Shown here: positions 15,215 to 24,237 of the stretch, one piece after another | Layout of the letters: each line of letters opens with the position of its first letter | Position numbering within the stretch: position 1 is the stretch's first letter | Source of the DNA: Candidatus Omnitrophota bacterium | GTDB lineage: Bacteria; Omnitrophota; Gorgyraeia; Duberdicusellales; 4484-171 | Reading direction: 5' to 3' | Assembly: GCA_023228195.1 (NCBI GenBank) | Contig: JALOBR010000001.1 | Coordinates: 1 to 42,665 of the forward strand | Length of the DNA stretch: 42,665 nt | Notes under the pieces: generated by a model | Told to the model about the DNA's origin: nothing | Seen by the model: the letters and a program-made list of their open reading frames with translations, nothing else | The model's database searches: none | Made by a program: the position numbers and the translations under genes

Positions 15215-16318
15215 CTAAGTAAGCCAATAGCCGAGTTCTTGGAGTATCCTTGGTTTATCCTGCCAATCCCTTAAGACTGTTACCCAGATATCCAGAAAAA
15301 CTTTTTTATTGAAAATTGCTTCTATTTCCTTGCGTGCTTCTCTGCCTATTTCCTTTAAAAGTTCTCCTTTGGCTCCTATTACTATTTTTTTCTGCGATGG
15401 ACGGTTTACGTAAATGTTTACCCTCACATAGACAAATCCGGTTTTTACAAAATCTTCCGGAACGCTTGATGAAGAAAGCAAAGAATCTTCACTTTCTTCA
15501 ATTTCTTCATCTTCAACCCCTTCTTCACCGGACGTTTCCTCTGGGTTATCTTCCATTTCTTCTTCCACTTCCATCTCTTCGCTAGCCTCATACGTTTCTT
15601 CGGTTTCTTCAATCTTGCCGCCTTGGGGCATATCTTTAATTGCCCGAATTTCAACAGCTAACGAATGCGGCAATTCTTTCGCTAACACAATAAATAATTT
15701 CTCCCTTACTATATCTGCTATGCGGAACTTAAGCGGAAAATCAGTTAATGTCTTATTGTCGTAAAAAGGCACTTGCCTTGGAAGATTTTCTAAAATTACC
15801 TCACGAAGAACGTCGATATTTTTATTTAGCTTTGCCGAGATAGGAAGGTAATAAACAAGGGGGTCATTTTTAACTCCCTTATTGCTTATTATCTTTCTCC
15901 AACAGTCTATATATTCATTTAAAGCCTTCGTTCCCAAATCAAGCTTGTTTAAAACCATTATGGTCTTTATGTTTTGCTGGGTAAGAAAATCCACTATCTC
16001 AAGTTCTTCTTTCCCGAAAGTGCGCGAAATGTCAACGACGTATAGAATCAAATCGCAGCCTTCAATTGATTGCTTTGCAATTGTATTTAGCTGGGTTGCA
16101 AGATTATCTTTAAATGAATGTATGCCGGGAGTATCGACAAAAACAACCTGCGCGTCTTTTAAATTCAAAATACCCTTTATCTGATGGCGGGTAGTTTGCG
16201 GGATGGGCGAAACAATGCTTACTTTTGTTTTGAGCAACGCGTTAAGCATCGTGGACTTACCGACATTGGGCCTACCCATAATTGCCACAAAACCTGATTT
16301 GAAATTTTCGTTTGTCAT
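15215..16318 (-). CDS. era: GTPase Era with an acidic insertion of about 60 aa in the KH domain
   Basis: G1 GRPNVGKST, G3 DTPG, G4 NKLD. KH-domain residues VNRPSQKKIVIGAKG. The start was set at MTNENF (16318) because the ORF-track extension MAICVIKN lies in the MITE-like element. Confidence 0.9.
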   Translation of the reverse strand: MTNENFKSGFVAIMGRPNVGKSTMLNALLKTKVSIVSPIPQTTRHQIKGILNLKDAQVVFVDTPGIHSFKDNLATQLNTIAKQSIEGCDLILYVVDISRTFGKEELEIVDFLTQQNIKTIMVLNKLDLGTKALNEYIDCWRKIISNKGVKNDPLVYYLPISAKLNKNIDVLREVILENLPRQVPFYDNKTLTDFPLKFRIADIVREKLFIVLAKELPHSLAVEIRAIKDMPQGGKIEETEETYEASEEMEVEEEMEDNPEETSGEEGVEDEEIEESEDSLLSSSSVPEDFVKTGFVYVRVNIYVNRPSQKKIVIGAKGELLKEIGREARKEIEAIFNKKVFLDIWVTVLRDWQDKPRILQELGYWLT

Positions 16319-16329
16319 ATTTTTTATTA

Positions 16330-16522
16330 CACAGATGGCCACAGATAATAAATCACAACCCCGTTACCCTAGATAAATATATTAAGGTTCGGGGCGTCCC
16401 GCACCTTAATAATTATATATAGCCCAGCAGGCTGAAAGCCTGGTGAATAGGAAACGGGACAGATGATCGCAGATGAATTTATCTGTGCTCATCCGCTTGC
16501 AAATCTGCGCTAATCTGTGCGC
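16330..16522 (-). mobile_element. MITE-like element, copy X (about 190 bp, CACAGAT-word terminal inverted repeats)
   Basis: The ends are CACAGATGGCCACAGAT and, in reverse complement, GCGCACAGATTAGCGCAGAT. The core 16343-16468 is the reverse complement of 20149-20274 with 2 mismatches counted by eye. Confidence 0.8.
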
Positions 16523-17646
16523 TCAAAATATTCATCCAGCTGCTTAACATAATCTTCCAGCACTTTTACGCCTTTTTCAAGATTAGCTGTTTTAACCGAT
16601 TCATTCTTTATGTGGGCGTTTCCTTTTGATCCGAAACCGAAAGAAAAAGACTCAATACCTAAGTCTTTTAGGAAAGTTATGACTGTCGCGCCAAAACTTG
16701 GGGCTATTTTTCCTGTTATTTTATTTTTCTTTAAAACGCTACGTAATATTTTAATAGCCGGTAAATTTTCATCTATTTCAAGCGGAGCTTGATTGGCGAG
16801 TATCTTTATCTTGTATTTTATTTTCTGCTTCTTTATTATTTTCTCTATACTTTTAATAATTTCTTTTTCTTCCATTGCCGGAAGATATCTTATGTCTATA
16901 TCGAAAAAAGCGTAACCGGCAACTATATTCACCTTGTCTCCGCCGTTGAATCTGCCGATATTTAAAGTAGGCTTTTTTAGCAAGGCATGCGAAACAAAAG
17001 GAAATTTTCTTGTTAGAATTTCATTTAGTATAAATACTCCTTTTTCTACTGCGTTTATTCCTTCCTCCGGATATGCTCCGTGAGCTTCTTTTCCGAAAAG
17101 TTCGACTCTTAAATGCAGAAGCCCCTTTTGAGCGACAATAATATCAAACTCATCACTATCAAGAACTACCCCGTAGTCCGCTCCTTTTAGATATTTAGCA
17201 AGCGGGATTATGCCATTGTGGCTGCCGGTTTCTTCGTCACCGGTAAAGGCAAAGATTAAATCAATATTTTTAAGGGTTATTTTTTTCTCTTTTAACTTTT
17301 TTATAAGATAAAGGGCGGCTGCCACATTAACTTTGCAATCCGTTGCCCCGCGGCCGTATATTTTACCTTTATATACTTTTGCCGAAAACGGAGGTATGCG
17401 CCAAGCGCCGGTTGCCGGCACTGTATCTACGTGGGGAGTGAATAGAATTTTTTTCTTTGAATTTCGTGAAGTTAGCTTACAGACTAAATTAGGCCTGTTT
17501 TTTTTAAATTCATAAATTTTAGAAGCAACACCCAAGCCTTTAAGGTAATTTTGGATAAAACGAATTATCTCTTTTTCATTACCCGGAGGATTTTGCGAAT
17601 CTATTTTAATTAGCTTTTGAAGCAAATTTATCGGGCTCTGTTTCAT
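16510..17646 (-). CDS. M20 family metallopeptidase (ArgE/DapE-like deacylase)
   Basis: LIKIDSQNPPGNE, FTPHVDTVP, GRGATDCK, FTGDEETGS. The last 3 codons and the stop lie in MITE copy X. Confidence 0.8.
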   Translation of the reverse strand: MKQSPINLLQKLIKIDSQNPPGNEKEIIRFIQNYLKGLGVASKIYEFKKNRPNLVCKLTSRNSKKKILFTPHVDTVPATGAWRIPPFSAKVYKGKIYGRGATDCKVNVAAALYLIKKLKEKKITLKNIDLIFAFTGDEETGSHNGIIPLAKYLKGADYGVVLDSDEFDIIVAQKGLLHLRVELFGKEAHGAYPEEGINAVEKGVFILNEILTRKFPFVSHALLKKPTLNIGRFNGGDKVNIVAGYAFFDIDIRYLPAMEEKEIIKSIEKIIKKQKIKYKIKILANQAPLEIDENLPAIKILRSVLKKNKITGKIAPSFGATVITFLKDLGIESFSFGFGSKGNAHIKNESVKTANLEKGVKVLEDYVKQLDEYFERTD

Positions 17647-19594
17647 ATATTTCCTTTAAAGATAAACTTAAATATTCTCCTTTTAATGGATTATACCCTA
17701 AATAAGCAATAAGAAAATAGGCCGAAGAAGAAAGGGAGCCCGTCCTGTCTCCGCTTGGAGTGCGCCATCCATGGCCGGTATCAACTTGCGCGCTTGATGC
17801 ATAAGGAAGGCACGGGTCTTCCACGCCTATTTTTGAGGCAGATGTAATAAGCATCTTCTGAAGCTCATCGGAATAAAAAACAGATTTATTTAAGTACTCC
17901 CTGGATTTACCGGGATCTTTCGCTTTATAATAGTCTGCCATTATTTCGAAAGAAAGGATCATTTGCGCTGTCCATTCGCAAGATACGATCCCGCCGCGCG
18001 CGCAATTCCTGAATTTAGCGAAATCGAAACCTCTCACAAAAACCTCCCCCTCTTTGCGCTTAAAACTGACGGATACCTCGCAATTTTCAACTGCAAATTC
18101 GAGTATCCTTTCCGGATTCATCTTCAAAGATATCAGCTCTTCCACGCCAAAAGCCGTAACCGACCAGGCATACGTATCGGTTGCTATCGTGCTGTCGCCT
18201 TTGCCCCTGTTAACCGGCGGGCCATAACTTGTGTATGCATATTTTAAAATCCATTTTTTTATTTTTTCTGCCGCATCACGGTATTTGTCCTGTTTGGTTA
18301 TTTTATAAAAAGAATCAAAGAAAGCAAAAGCATCAAGATTGTGCTCCGTAGCATACCACTCAACTGTCGGGCCTCCCTTTATCCCGCCCTCTTTATCCAT
18401 CATCGCTAAAAGAAAATCGGAAACCTTCTCAGCTACGGGAAGGTATTTTGCGCTTTTGGTTTCTTTATAATAATCTAAAACGGCGATACCGAGCCAGGCG
18501 TTCGGCCCGCTATGAGCGACATATTCTGCGCAATCGCCCTGGGTATAATACGCATTGTATATATTTTCTCCTTTGTTTACTTTTTTTAGATAAAAATCAA
18601 AAATCTTTTCAGCTCGCTCCCTGTCGTTTAAGATAACAAAGGTAATTGCGGCAAGCGCCTGGTCATAGGTAAAACTCATCTTTTTAAGGCTTTCGTCGCC
18701 TTCATAGCTTAAGACAAGGCCGCTTACCAAATCCTGGCGGTTTTTTATCCAGGAATATACACCTTTTATTATTTTGTCTTCCGCGCGTATTTTTGCGCGC
18801 CCCAAATCTTTGAATTCTTTTTTTAAGCCTACGGTTGTTTCATTGTATTCTTTTTGTTTTACCTTTAAAAAGTCGCTTTCTTTGCGTAAGATCTCAATTT
18901 CTTTTTTTATAGAATTTATTTTCTCACTAAGCAAGCCTGAACCGTTACTTTCAACTTTCGCATAGTCTTTCAGCTGAGTTTCCAGCAAGGTTATCTTTTC
19001 GCTTAAGTTATTCCGGATTTCATTGAAAGACGCGTTTTTATTTTTTTCTTCATCGATAAATTCTTTAAGGCCGCTGCTACGGTCTAAAATATTAACATAA
19101 CTTTTAACCAGGGACCTGTTTTCAACTGTAAGCATATGGGACTTCAAAAAGAAGGCTGCCGCGAAAAGAAAAAGCGTAACCATTGCCCCTGTCGCGGCCA
19201 AAGGTGTAAATTTATGAAATAATGCGTAATGGAAAAGTTTTTTAGCGTCTTGCTCTTTTGCGAATAACTGAAGACCTATTACATATCGATAGAAATCTTT
19301 TTGTTTCTCCTGGGAAGCCCAAGCCACCTTTGCGGATGACTCTATTACGTCTTTCTTAAATGGTATGTTTATATGCAGCAATAATTTGGCGTCTCTGGTT
19401 TTAAGCTTATCCCAGAAACCCCACCATAGGTCATTTATCAAAAGGCACAAACCGCCACGGCCGATATCATGAGTGAATCCCTGCAGCCAGGGGGTTATTC
19501 GTTTATTTTCTTCATCAACAATGCAAAATTCAATCGGCACAACGGTTGAAATTCTTATATACTTTCTTCTGTTATCCATATTTTTTGTACACAA
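17606..19594 (-). CDS. PilZ domain - TM helix - coiled coil - large (alpha/alpha)-toroid-like extracytoplasmic domain protein
   Basis: PilZ motifs RRKYIR and DIGRGG. TM helix LAATGAMVTLFLFAAAFFL. Heptad-rich residues 160-280. The C-terminal about 370 aa have repeated helical-hairpin signatures (TYDQALAAITF, NAWLGIAVLDYY, EHNLDAFAFF, TYAWSVTAF, SSSAYFLIAYLG). Confidence 0.6.
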   Translation of the reverse strand: MCTKNMDNRRKYIRISTVVPIEFCIVDEENKRITPWLQGFTHDIGRGGLCLLINDLWWGFWDKLKTRDAKLLLHINIPFKKDVIESSAKVAWASQEKQKDFYRYVIGLQLFAKEQDAKKLFHYALFHKFTPLAATGAMVTLFLFAAAFFLKSHMLTVENRSLVKSYVNILDRSSGLKEFIDEEKNKNASFNEIRNNLSEKITLLETQLKDYAKVESNGSGLLSEKINSIKKEIEILRKESDFLKVKQKEYNETTVGLKKEFKDLGRAKIRAEDKIIKGVYSWIKNRQDLVSGLVLSYEGDESLKKMSFTYDQALAAITFVILNDRERAEKIFDFYLKKVNKGENIYNAYYTQGDCAEYVAHSGPNAWLGIAVLDYYKETKSAKYLPVAEKVSDFLLAMMDKEGGIKGGPTVEWYATEHNLDAFAFFDSFYKITKQDKYRDAAEKIKKWILKYAYTSYGPPVNRGKGDSTIATDTYAWSVTAFGVEELISLKMNPERILEFAVENCEVSVSFKRKEGEVFVRGFDFAKFRNCARGGIVSCEWTAQMILSFEIMADYYKAKDPGKSREYLNKSVFYSDELQKMLITSASKIGVEDPCLPYASSAQVDTGHGWRTPSGDRTGSLSSSAYFLIAYLGYNPLKGEYLSLSLKEIYETEPDKFASKAN

Positions 19595-19599
19595 ATTAC

Positions 19600-19657
19600 C
19601 ACGAATTTGAAACGAATTTACACGAATAACCTGTTCTCCTATTCGTGGAAATTCGTG
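19600..19657. repeat. Twin-word palindrome (CACGAAT words) just upstream of the PilZ-toroid gene
   Basis: CACGAAT..ACGAAT..CACGAAT is followed by ATTCGTG-GAA-ATTCGTG. Confidence 0.8.
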
Positions 19658-19711
19658 TTCTAAACTTTATATAACAGATTTTTTGCGAATATGCAAATTT
19701 GATTGGATGGA

Positions 19712-20080
19712 CTATTTAAGTTTTTTAATTTTATTCAGAAATGCGCTGAATTTCTGATGCTTTCTTAAGTTTTCAAGATCCGGGTCTTCAAGTATATAGG
19801 AAAAATCGTCATAACCGAAAAGAATTGCCTTCTTAAGCTCTTTGAATGCCTCCTCTGTTTCCCCCATAAGAGAAAGGCTACAGGCAAAATTATAGCGGGC
19901 AACAGGGTCTTCCGGCTTGAGGTTTACGAGTCTCCTGTCGACTTCAAGGCCTTCCTGGTAAAAACCTTTTCTCGTGTATGCATCACCGAGAGTAGCGAGC
20001 GCGTGGAAAAAATTAGGGTTTTTCGAAAGCAGGCCTTCGTAAAATCTTATTTCAAAATCTTTTCTTTTTCTCTTTGCCAT
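19712..20080 (-). CDS. Small TPR-repeat protein
   Basis: TPR-like helices (ALATLGDAYTRKGFYQEGLEV, ARYNFACSLSLMGETEEAFKEL). The start was placed at MAKRKRK (20080). M at 20095 is an alternative, and the MAIC extension lies in MITE copy Y. Confidence 0.7.
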   Translation of the reverse strand: MAKRKRKDFEIRFYEGLLSKNPNFFHALATLGDAYTRKGFYQEGLEVDRRLVNLKPEDPVARYNFACSLSLMGETEEAFKELKKAILFGYDDFSYILEDPDLENLRKHQKFSAFLNKIKKLK

Positions 20081-20096
20081 GTCGCTTCGCCCCATT

Positions 20097-20287
20097 GCAC
20101 AGATGGCCACAGATTTAAAAGCGAATAATCGCAGGCGATTCCATCTGTGATCATCTGTTCCGTTTCCTATTCACCAGGCTTTCAGCCTGCTGGGCTATAT
20201 ATAATTATTAAGGTGCGGGACGCCCCGAACCTTAATATATTTATCTAGGATAACGGGGTTGTGATTTATTATCTATGACTATCTGTG
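20097..20287 (+). mobile_element. MITE-like element, copy Y (about 190 bp), inverted relative to copy X
   Basis: GCACAGATGGCCACAGAT ... ATCTATGACTATCTGTG ends. Internal hairpins are CCAGGCT-TTC-AGCCTG and TTAAGGT...ACCTTAA. The core is near-identical to copy X. Confidence 0.8.
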
Positions 20288-22628
20288 ATTTTTCCAAAAT
20301 AGCTTCTTCCTTTAAAAGATAAAATATCTCTTCCATGTTTTTCTTAAATTCCTTATATTCTGCCGGCTCGATAAATCTTTTAATTACATCAAATTCCCTG
20401 TATATCTCTATTGAATTTTTATTTTGGCTGCATATTGATTTGAACTTAAACCAGGGGGTAATTATCTCTTTGGAGGTTGGAAGAAATTTTACCTGTAAGT
20501 TTGCGGGTAAGTTTATTTTTATTTTTGATGCTTTTTTAAATATTCCTTCAAACTCTATCGGAAAATTCCTTTGTTCCTTACCCGCGTAAGAAGTATCTAT
20601 GTCTATGTCGTCAAAAAATGGAAGTATTCTTAAGCCGTCCGCGGGATTTAAAACTTTTTTGGCGCTGAATGAATACTGCAAAAATGAATCCTTATCAAAA
20701 TCGTCCACGTTGCCCGGATTATATTCTATGAGCTTGGAAAACGGGCTTATCTGAACCATTCTTTTTTGTATGTCATTTTTTAAAACATCCGGATGAGTAT
20801 ATTTTAAATAGTAACGCTGAAAACTCGCGAAAAAACCTGTGCCGGTTACTTTTCTGTTGATTACGGCGTCTTCGTTACTGTCGATATCTACTTGCATCTC
20901 ATAAAGCACGCTATTTGCGTCCAATGCCGGAGTTGTAACGATTTCATATTTATCGTCCAAAAATACAATGACATTTCTCTCCTGGTCATCAAGCGGAATA
21001 TCCGAAAAACTGACAGTTGAAGCTGTCGCGTCCATAAAAATCATTTTTCCTTCGTAGGAAAGCGCGGCTATTGCGTGGTTAAAATTAACGCAGGGAAAAT
21101 CTTTTTGCATTTGATAAATTCCCCTTGTCGGAATAAGCACAGGATAAGCTTTAAGGCCCACTTCTTTCATCATCGCAACTAAAAGTATGGCCTTATCTTT
21201 GCAATCTCCGTAACGGTTTACGAAAATATCGTTTGCATAATGCGGCTCAAAACCGCTTTCGCCATATTCTACGGCAACGTAGCGCACGTTACGGGAACAA
21301 AAATCATATATTTTTTTTGCCTTTTCCAGGTCATCTTTCGCGTCTTTTATGAGGTTTGCCGTAAATTCTTTTACTTCTTTATTCAGCACTATTTTGTCCT
21401 TATAAAGACCGTGCCACCATTTATAAATTTCTTCCCAACTTGAAAAATTAGATATACCAATCGCCGGGTTAATAATGGAAATCGAAGGCATCGGCTCTTC
21501 CGGAATAATCGGACCTATCTCTTTAAACTTCCATAAATAGCTGATAGATTTTTCTGTTTCTTCTTTTGCCGGGTTTAAATTTATTCCTTTAGAGTATGTT
21601 TCATTGAAAAATTTTAACTCTACTTTGTTTTTCCTGGGTACGGTAAGGGTAAAATTAGCCCGGGCAATAGGGAAAGCTTCCCGCAGACGATATATAAAAC
21701 TGAACTTTCCGTCAGTGATTAGTTTCGAAGAATAAATTTTTAATTTATATTCGATGATAGAGCCGACATCCACCGAAGGCATGGAAATTATAAGAGCCCT
21801 GGCGTTACTATAAAGAGGGAAATTAAGGTATTTGGTAACATCCCTTGTATTCTCAGCCCCGGCATAAACTACCCGTCCGGCAGGAGTGATTGTCCGGGCA
21901 TATTCAAGTTCAACTCTTTCATAGGTTGAATCGTATCCGATTTCTACCTCTGCCAGATCCTTCCCCTTTTCTTTTAAAACTTTCTGCACCATATGAACGT
22001 CCGCCACAGAGGTATTATCATCATTTATCCGGTGGTCTTCATCCACAAGCAAAACCACCGCTTCTTCCTTATCGATACTTTCAAGAAACTTTTGCTCTTC
22101 CTGGAGAAGGGTATTTAAAAATTGCGGCATACCCTCTTCCACCTTAAGTCCTATTTTTAAAATACGCTGTTTTGCTTGCGGCTGAAATTCACCGTTAACC
22201 TTTCTGTAAATTGCAATAGCCTTAGGGTAAAGATTCTTCGACTCAAGAGTCGTCGCGTATAAATACATATACTCGCCATCTTCGATTTCTCCAACCTGAT
22301 CAAAAACATTCAAAGCGCTGGAATATTCTTTAAGATTTGCGTACGCCTTAGCAAGCATGATTTTTGCTTTTACATCGGTTTCGTTTTTAAGCAACGCTAC
22401 AGCTTTTTCAAAATCCTTGAAATCATAATAAATTTGCGCAAGCTTTATGCGTAAATTCAGATCTTTCGGATTTTTGTTTATAAGCTCTTCGTAATGCCTG
22501 GTTTCTTCGCTGTAAATTTCATGCAATTTTTCAGATTCATATTTACAGCCGCAAAGAAAAATGAATAAAAATACCCACGGCACCAGGGAATGGGTTAGGA
22601 GGGAAGTTTTTTTTGTTATTATTTTCAT
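20241..22628 (-). CDS. TPR + DUF3857-like + transglutaminase-core + DUF3858-like protein
   Basis: Signal/lipobox-like N-terminus (FLCGC). TPR-like helices. Transglutaminase Cys motif YGDCKDKAILLVAMM, followed by HAIAAL and MDAT. The last 15 codons lie in MITE copy Y. Confidence 0.7.
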   Translation of the reverse strand: MKIITKKTSLLTHSLVPWVFLFIFLCGCKYESEKLHEIYSEETRHYEELINKNPKDLNLRIKLAQIYYDFKDFEKAVALLKNETDVKAKIMLAKAYANLKEYSSALNVFDQVGEIEDGEYMYLYATTLESKNLYPKAIAIYRKVNGEFQPQAKQRILKIGLKVEEGMPQFLNTLLQEEQKFLESIDKEEAVVLLVDEDHRINDDNTSVADVHMVQKVLKEKGKDLAEVEIGYDSTYERVELEYARTITPAGRVVYAGAENTRDVTKYLNFPLYSNARALIISMPSVDVGSIIEYKLKIYSSKLITDGKFSFIYRLREAFPIARANFTLTVPRKNKVELKFFNETYSKGINLNPAKEETEKSISYLWKFKEIGPIIPEEPMPSISIINPAIGISNFSSWEEIYKWWHGLYKDKIVLNKEVKEFTANLIKDAKDDLEKAKKIYDFCSRNVRYVAVEYGESGFEPHYANDIFVNRYGDCKDKAILLVAMMKEVGLKAYPVLIPTRGIYQMQKDFPCVNFNHAIAALSYEGKMIFMDATASTVSFSDIPLDDQERNVIVFLDDKYEIVTTPALDANSVLYEMQVDIDSNEDAVINRKVTGTGFFASFQRYYLKYTHPDVLKNDIQKRMVQISPFSKLIEYNPGNVDDFDKDSFLQYSFSAKKVLNPADGLRILPFFDDIDIDTSYAGKEQRNFPIEFEGIFKKASKIKINLPANLQVKFLPTSKEIITPWFKFKSICSQNKNSIEIYREFDVIKRFIEPAEYKEFKKNMEEIFYLLKEEAILEKSQIVIDNKSQPRYPR

Positions 22629-22695
22629 ATCTTTTTGTTCGAGAATTCTTCGAAAAAACCGAAACTTTAATCCCCCGCTTTACGCGGGCTCCAGG

Positions 22696-22989
22696 TTACG
22701 CGATTTTTTCTAGAACATCCTTAACTGGTTGGCCTTTTTTAATGCCCAACTTTTTTGCGGCAGACGTACAGGAATGAACGCTTGCTGAAATTGCGCCGGC
22801 TATCGTTGAAACTCCCACTATCCTTGCGGCAACGTCATCAAATTTTTCAGCAACTTTTAAATTAAGGTATCCGCACATCACATAGCCGCGACTTCCCCGC
22901 AATATAATTAATTTTTTGCTTTGAAGCGGCACAATTAACGCGATAATGTGCTTTTTTCCGATTTTAATCTTTCCTAAAGCTGGCCTCAT
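22696..22989 (-). CDS. DUF1805 (YunC-like) protein
   Basis: Pattern RGSRGYVMCGYLNLKVAEKFDDVAARIVGVSTI...AKKLGIKKG, which is typical of YunC/DUF1805. Confidence 0.65.
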   Translation of the reverse strand: MRPALGKIKIGKKHIIALIVPLQSKKLIILRGSRGYVMCGYLNLKVAEKFDDVAARIVGVSTIAGAISASVHSCTSAAKKLGIKKGQPVKDVLEKIA

Positions 22990-22992
22990 AGC

Positions 22993-24141
22993 TTATAATT
23001 TACTCAAAAAACGCTCTATCCTTATTATTGCTTCCTTAAGATTATCCAATGTATTCGCATAAGAAATTCTTACATACGAATCGTATTCTTTTCCGAAAGC
23101 GCTGCCCGGGACCAAGGCAACCTTTTCCTCGAAAAGCAGCCGCTTTGCGAAATCAAGCGAACTGATTTTAAAATTCTCGATTGAAGGAAAACAGTAAAAA
23201 GCCCCCTGGGGCTTTGGCGTAACAAGCCCTACCCTGTTTAATTCTTTAACAATAAAATCTCTTCGCCTTTTATACTCGGAGCGCATTTGGGCTACTTCTT
23301 TTTGGGCACGAAGCGCCTCCGTTGCCGCGACCTGGGATAAAATGGGAGCGCACATCATGGCAAATGAATGTATCTTTGTCATGGCCGAAATAATATCCTT
23401 GTTTGCGCAGGCAAAACCTATTCTAAAACCTGTCATAGCGTAAGCTTTAGAGAAACCATTAAGAAGAATCGTCCTTCTTTTTGCCTCTTCATCCAGTGCG
23501 GCAAAAGATGTAGTTCTGCCTTCATAAATCAGCTCATCATAGACCTCATCGCTTATAACAAGCGTGTCTTTGCTGGATATTACTTTCCAAATTTTTTTAA
23601 GTTCCTCCGTATTATAAGCTGTGCCTGTCGGGTTAGAAGGGTTATTAAATATTATGGCTTTAGGATTTTCCTTCATCAACCTTTTCAACTCTTTAAGGTC
23701 TATCTTAAAATTATCCTCCTGCCTGGTTTTAAGGTACAAAACCTGCCCCCCGACTATTTCTACAAGCGCAGGATAAGCTACAAAATGAGGGCTCACCACA
23801 ATCACCTTGTCTCCGCGTTCAACTATTGAACGAACTATTAAATCCAGGCCCTCACTAACACCTACAGTGATTAATATTTCTTCTTCGGGGTCATATTCCA
23901 AGTTATGCCTCTTTTCAAGAAAATTTGTTATGCTTTTACGAAGCACAAAAAGGCCCTTGTTTGAAGTATACGTTGTCATACCTTCCTCAAGCGCAGTAAT
24001 GGCCTTCTCTCTCGCGCGCCAGGGCGTGATAAAATCAGGCTCGCCGACGCCAAGAGATATAACATCGGGCATTCCAAGCACTAAATCGAAAAACTGCCTT
24101 ATCCCCGAAGGTGGCAAATTTTTTATATGTTTTGCAATCAT
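22993..24141 (-). CDS. Class I/II PLP-dependent aminotransferase (aspartate/aromatic type)
   Basis: NNPSNPTG, DEVYDEL, the PLP-lysine motif SFSKAYAMTGFRIG, and RISYA. Confidence 0.85.
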   Translation of the reverse strand: MIAKHIKNLPPSGIRQFFDLVLGMPDVISLGVGEPDFITPWRAREKAITALEEGMTTYTSNKGLFVLRKSITNFLEKRHNLEYDPEEEILITVGVSEGLDLIVRSIVERGDKVIVVSPHFVAYPALVEIVGGQVLYLKTRQEDNFKIDLKELKRLMKENPKAIIFNNPSNPTGTAYNTEELKKIWKVISSKDTLVISDEVYDELIYEGRTTSFAALDEEAKRRTILLNGFSKAYAMTGFRIGFACANKDIISAMTKIHSFAMMCAPILSQVAATEALRAQKEVAQMRSEYKRRRDFIVKELNRVGLVTPKPQGAFYCFPSIENFKISSLDFAKRLLFEEKVALVPGSAFGKEYDSYVRISYANTLDNLKEAIIRIERFLSKL

Positions 24142-24145
24142 TTTT

Positions 24146-24237
24146 TAAAAGCTCCCAAATTCCAGATATCAGCTGTCAGCTGCCGCAAGCTGCCCCTAAA
24201 GGGCGCCCTCGATGGACTGACGCCTGACACCTTATAG
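24146..24237. repeat. TCAG/CTGA-word palindromic spacer with 7-nt periodicity plus a GC-rich hairpin
   Basis: Plus strand: ATCAGCTGTCAGCTG ... GACTGACGCCTGACACC. On the coding strand this reads GTCAGGCGTCAG ... CAGCTGACAGCTGATATCTGG. Confidence 0.7.

Noticed and set aside
16319-16342. N-terminal extension MAICVIKN of era, and the analogous MAIC start of the TPR gene at 20110
   Set aside because: Both arise from the same CACAGATGGCCAC repeat word read on the minus strand with a GTG start. The conserved Era N-terminus begins at MTNENF.
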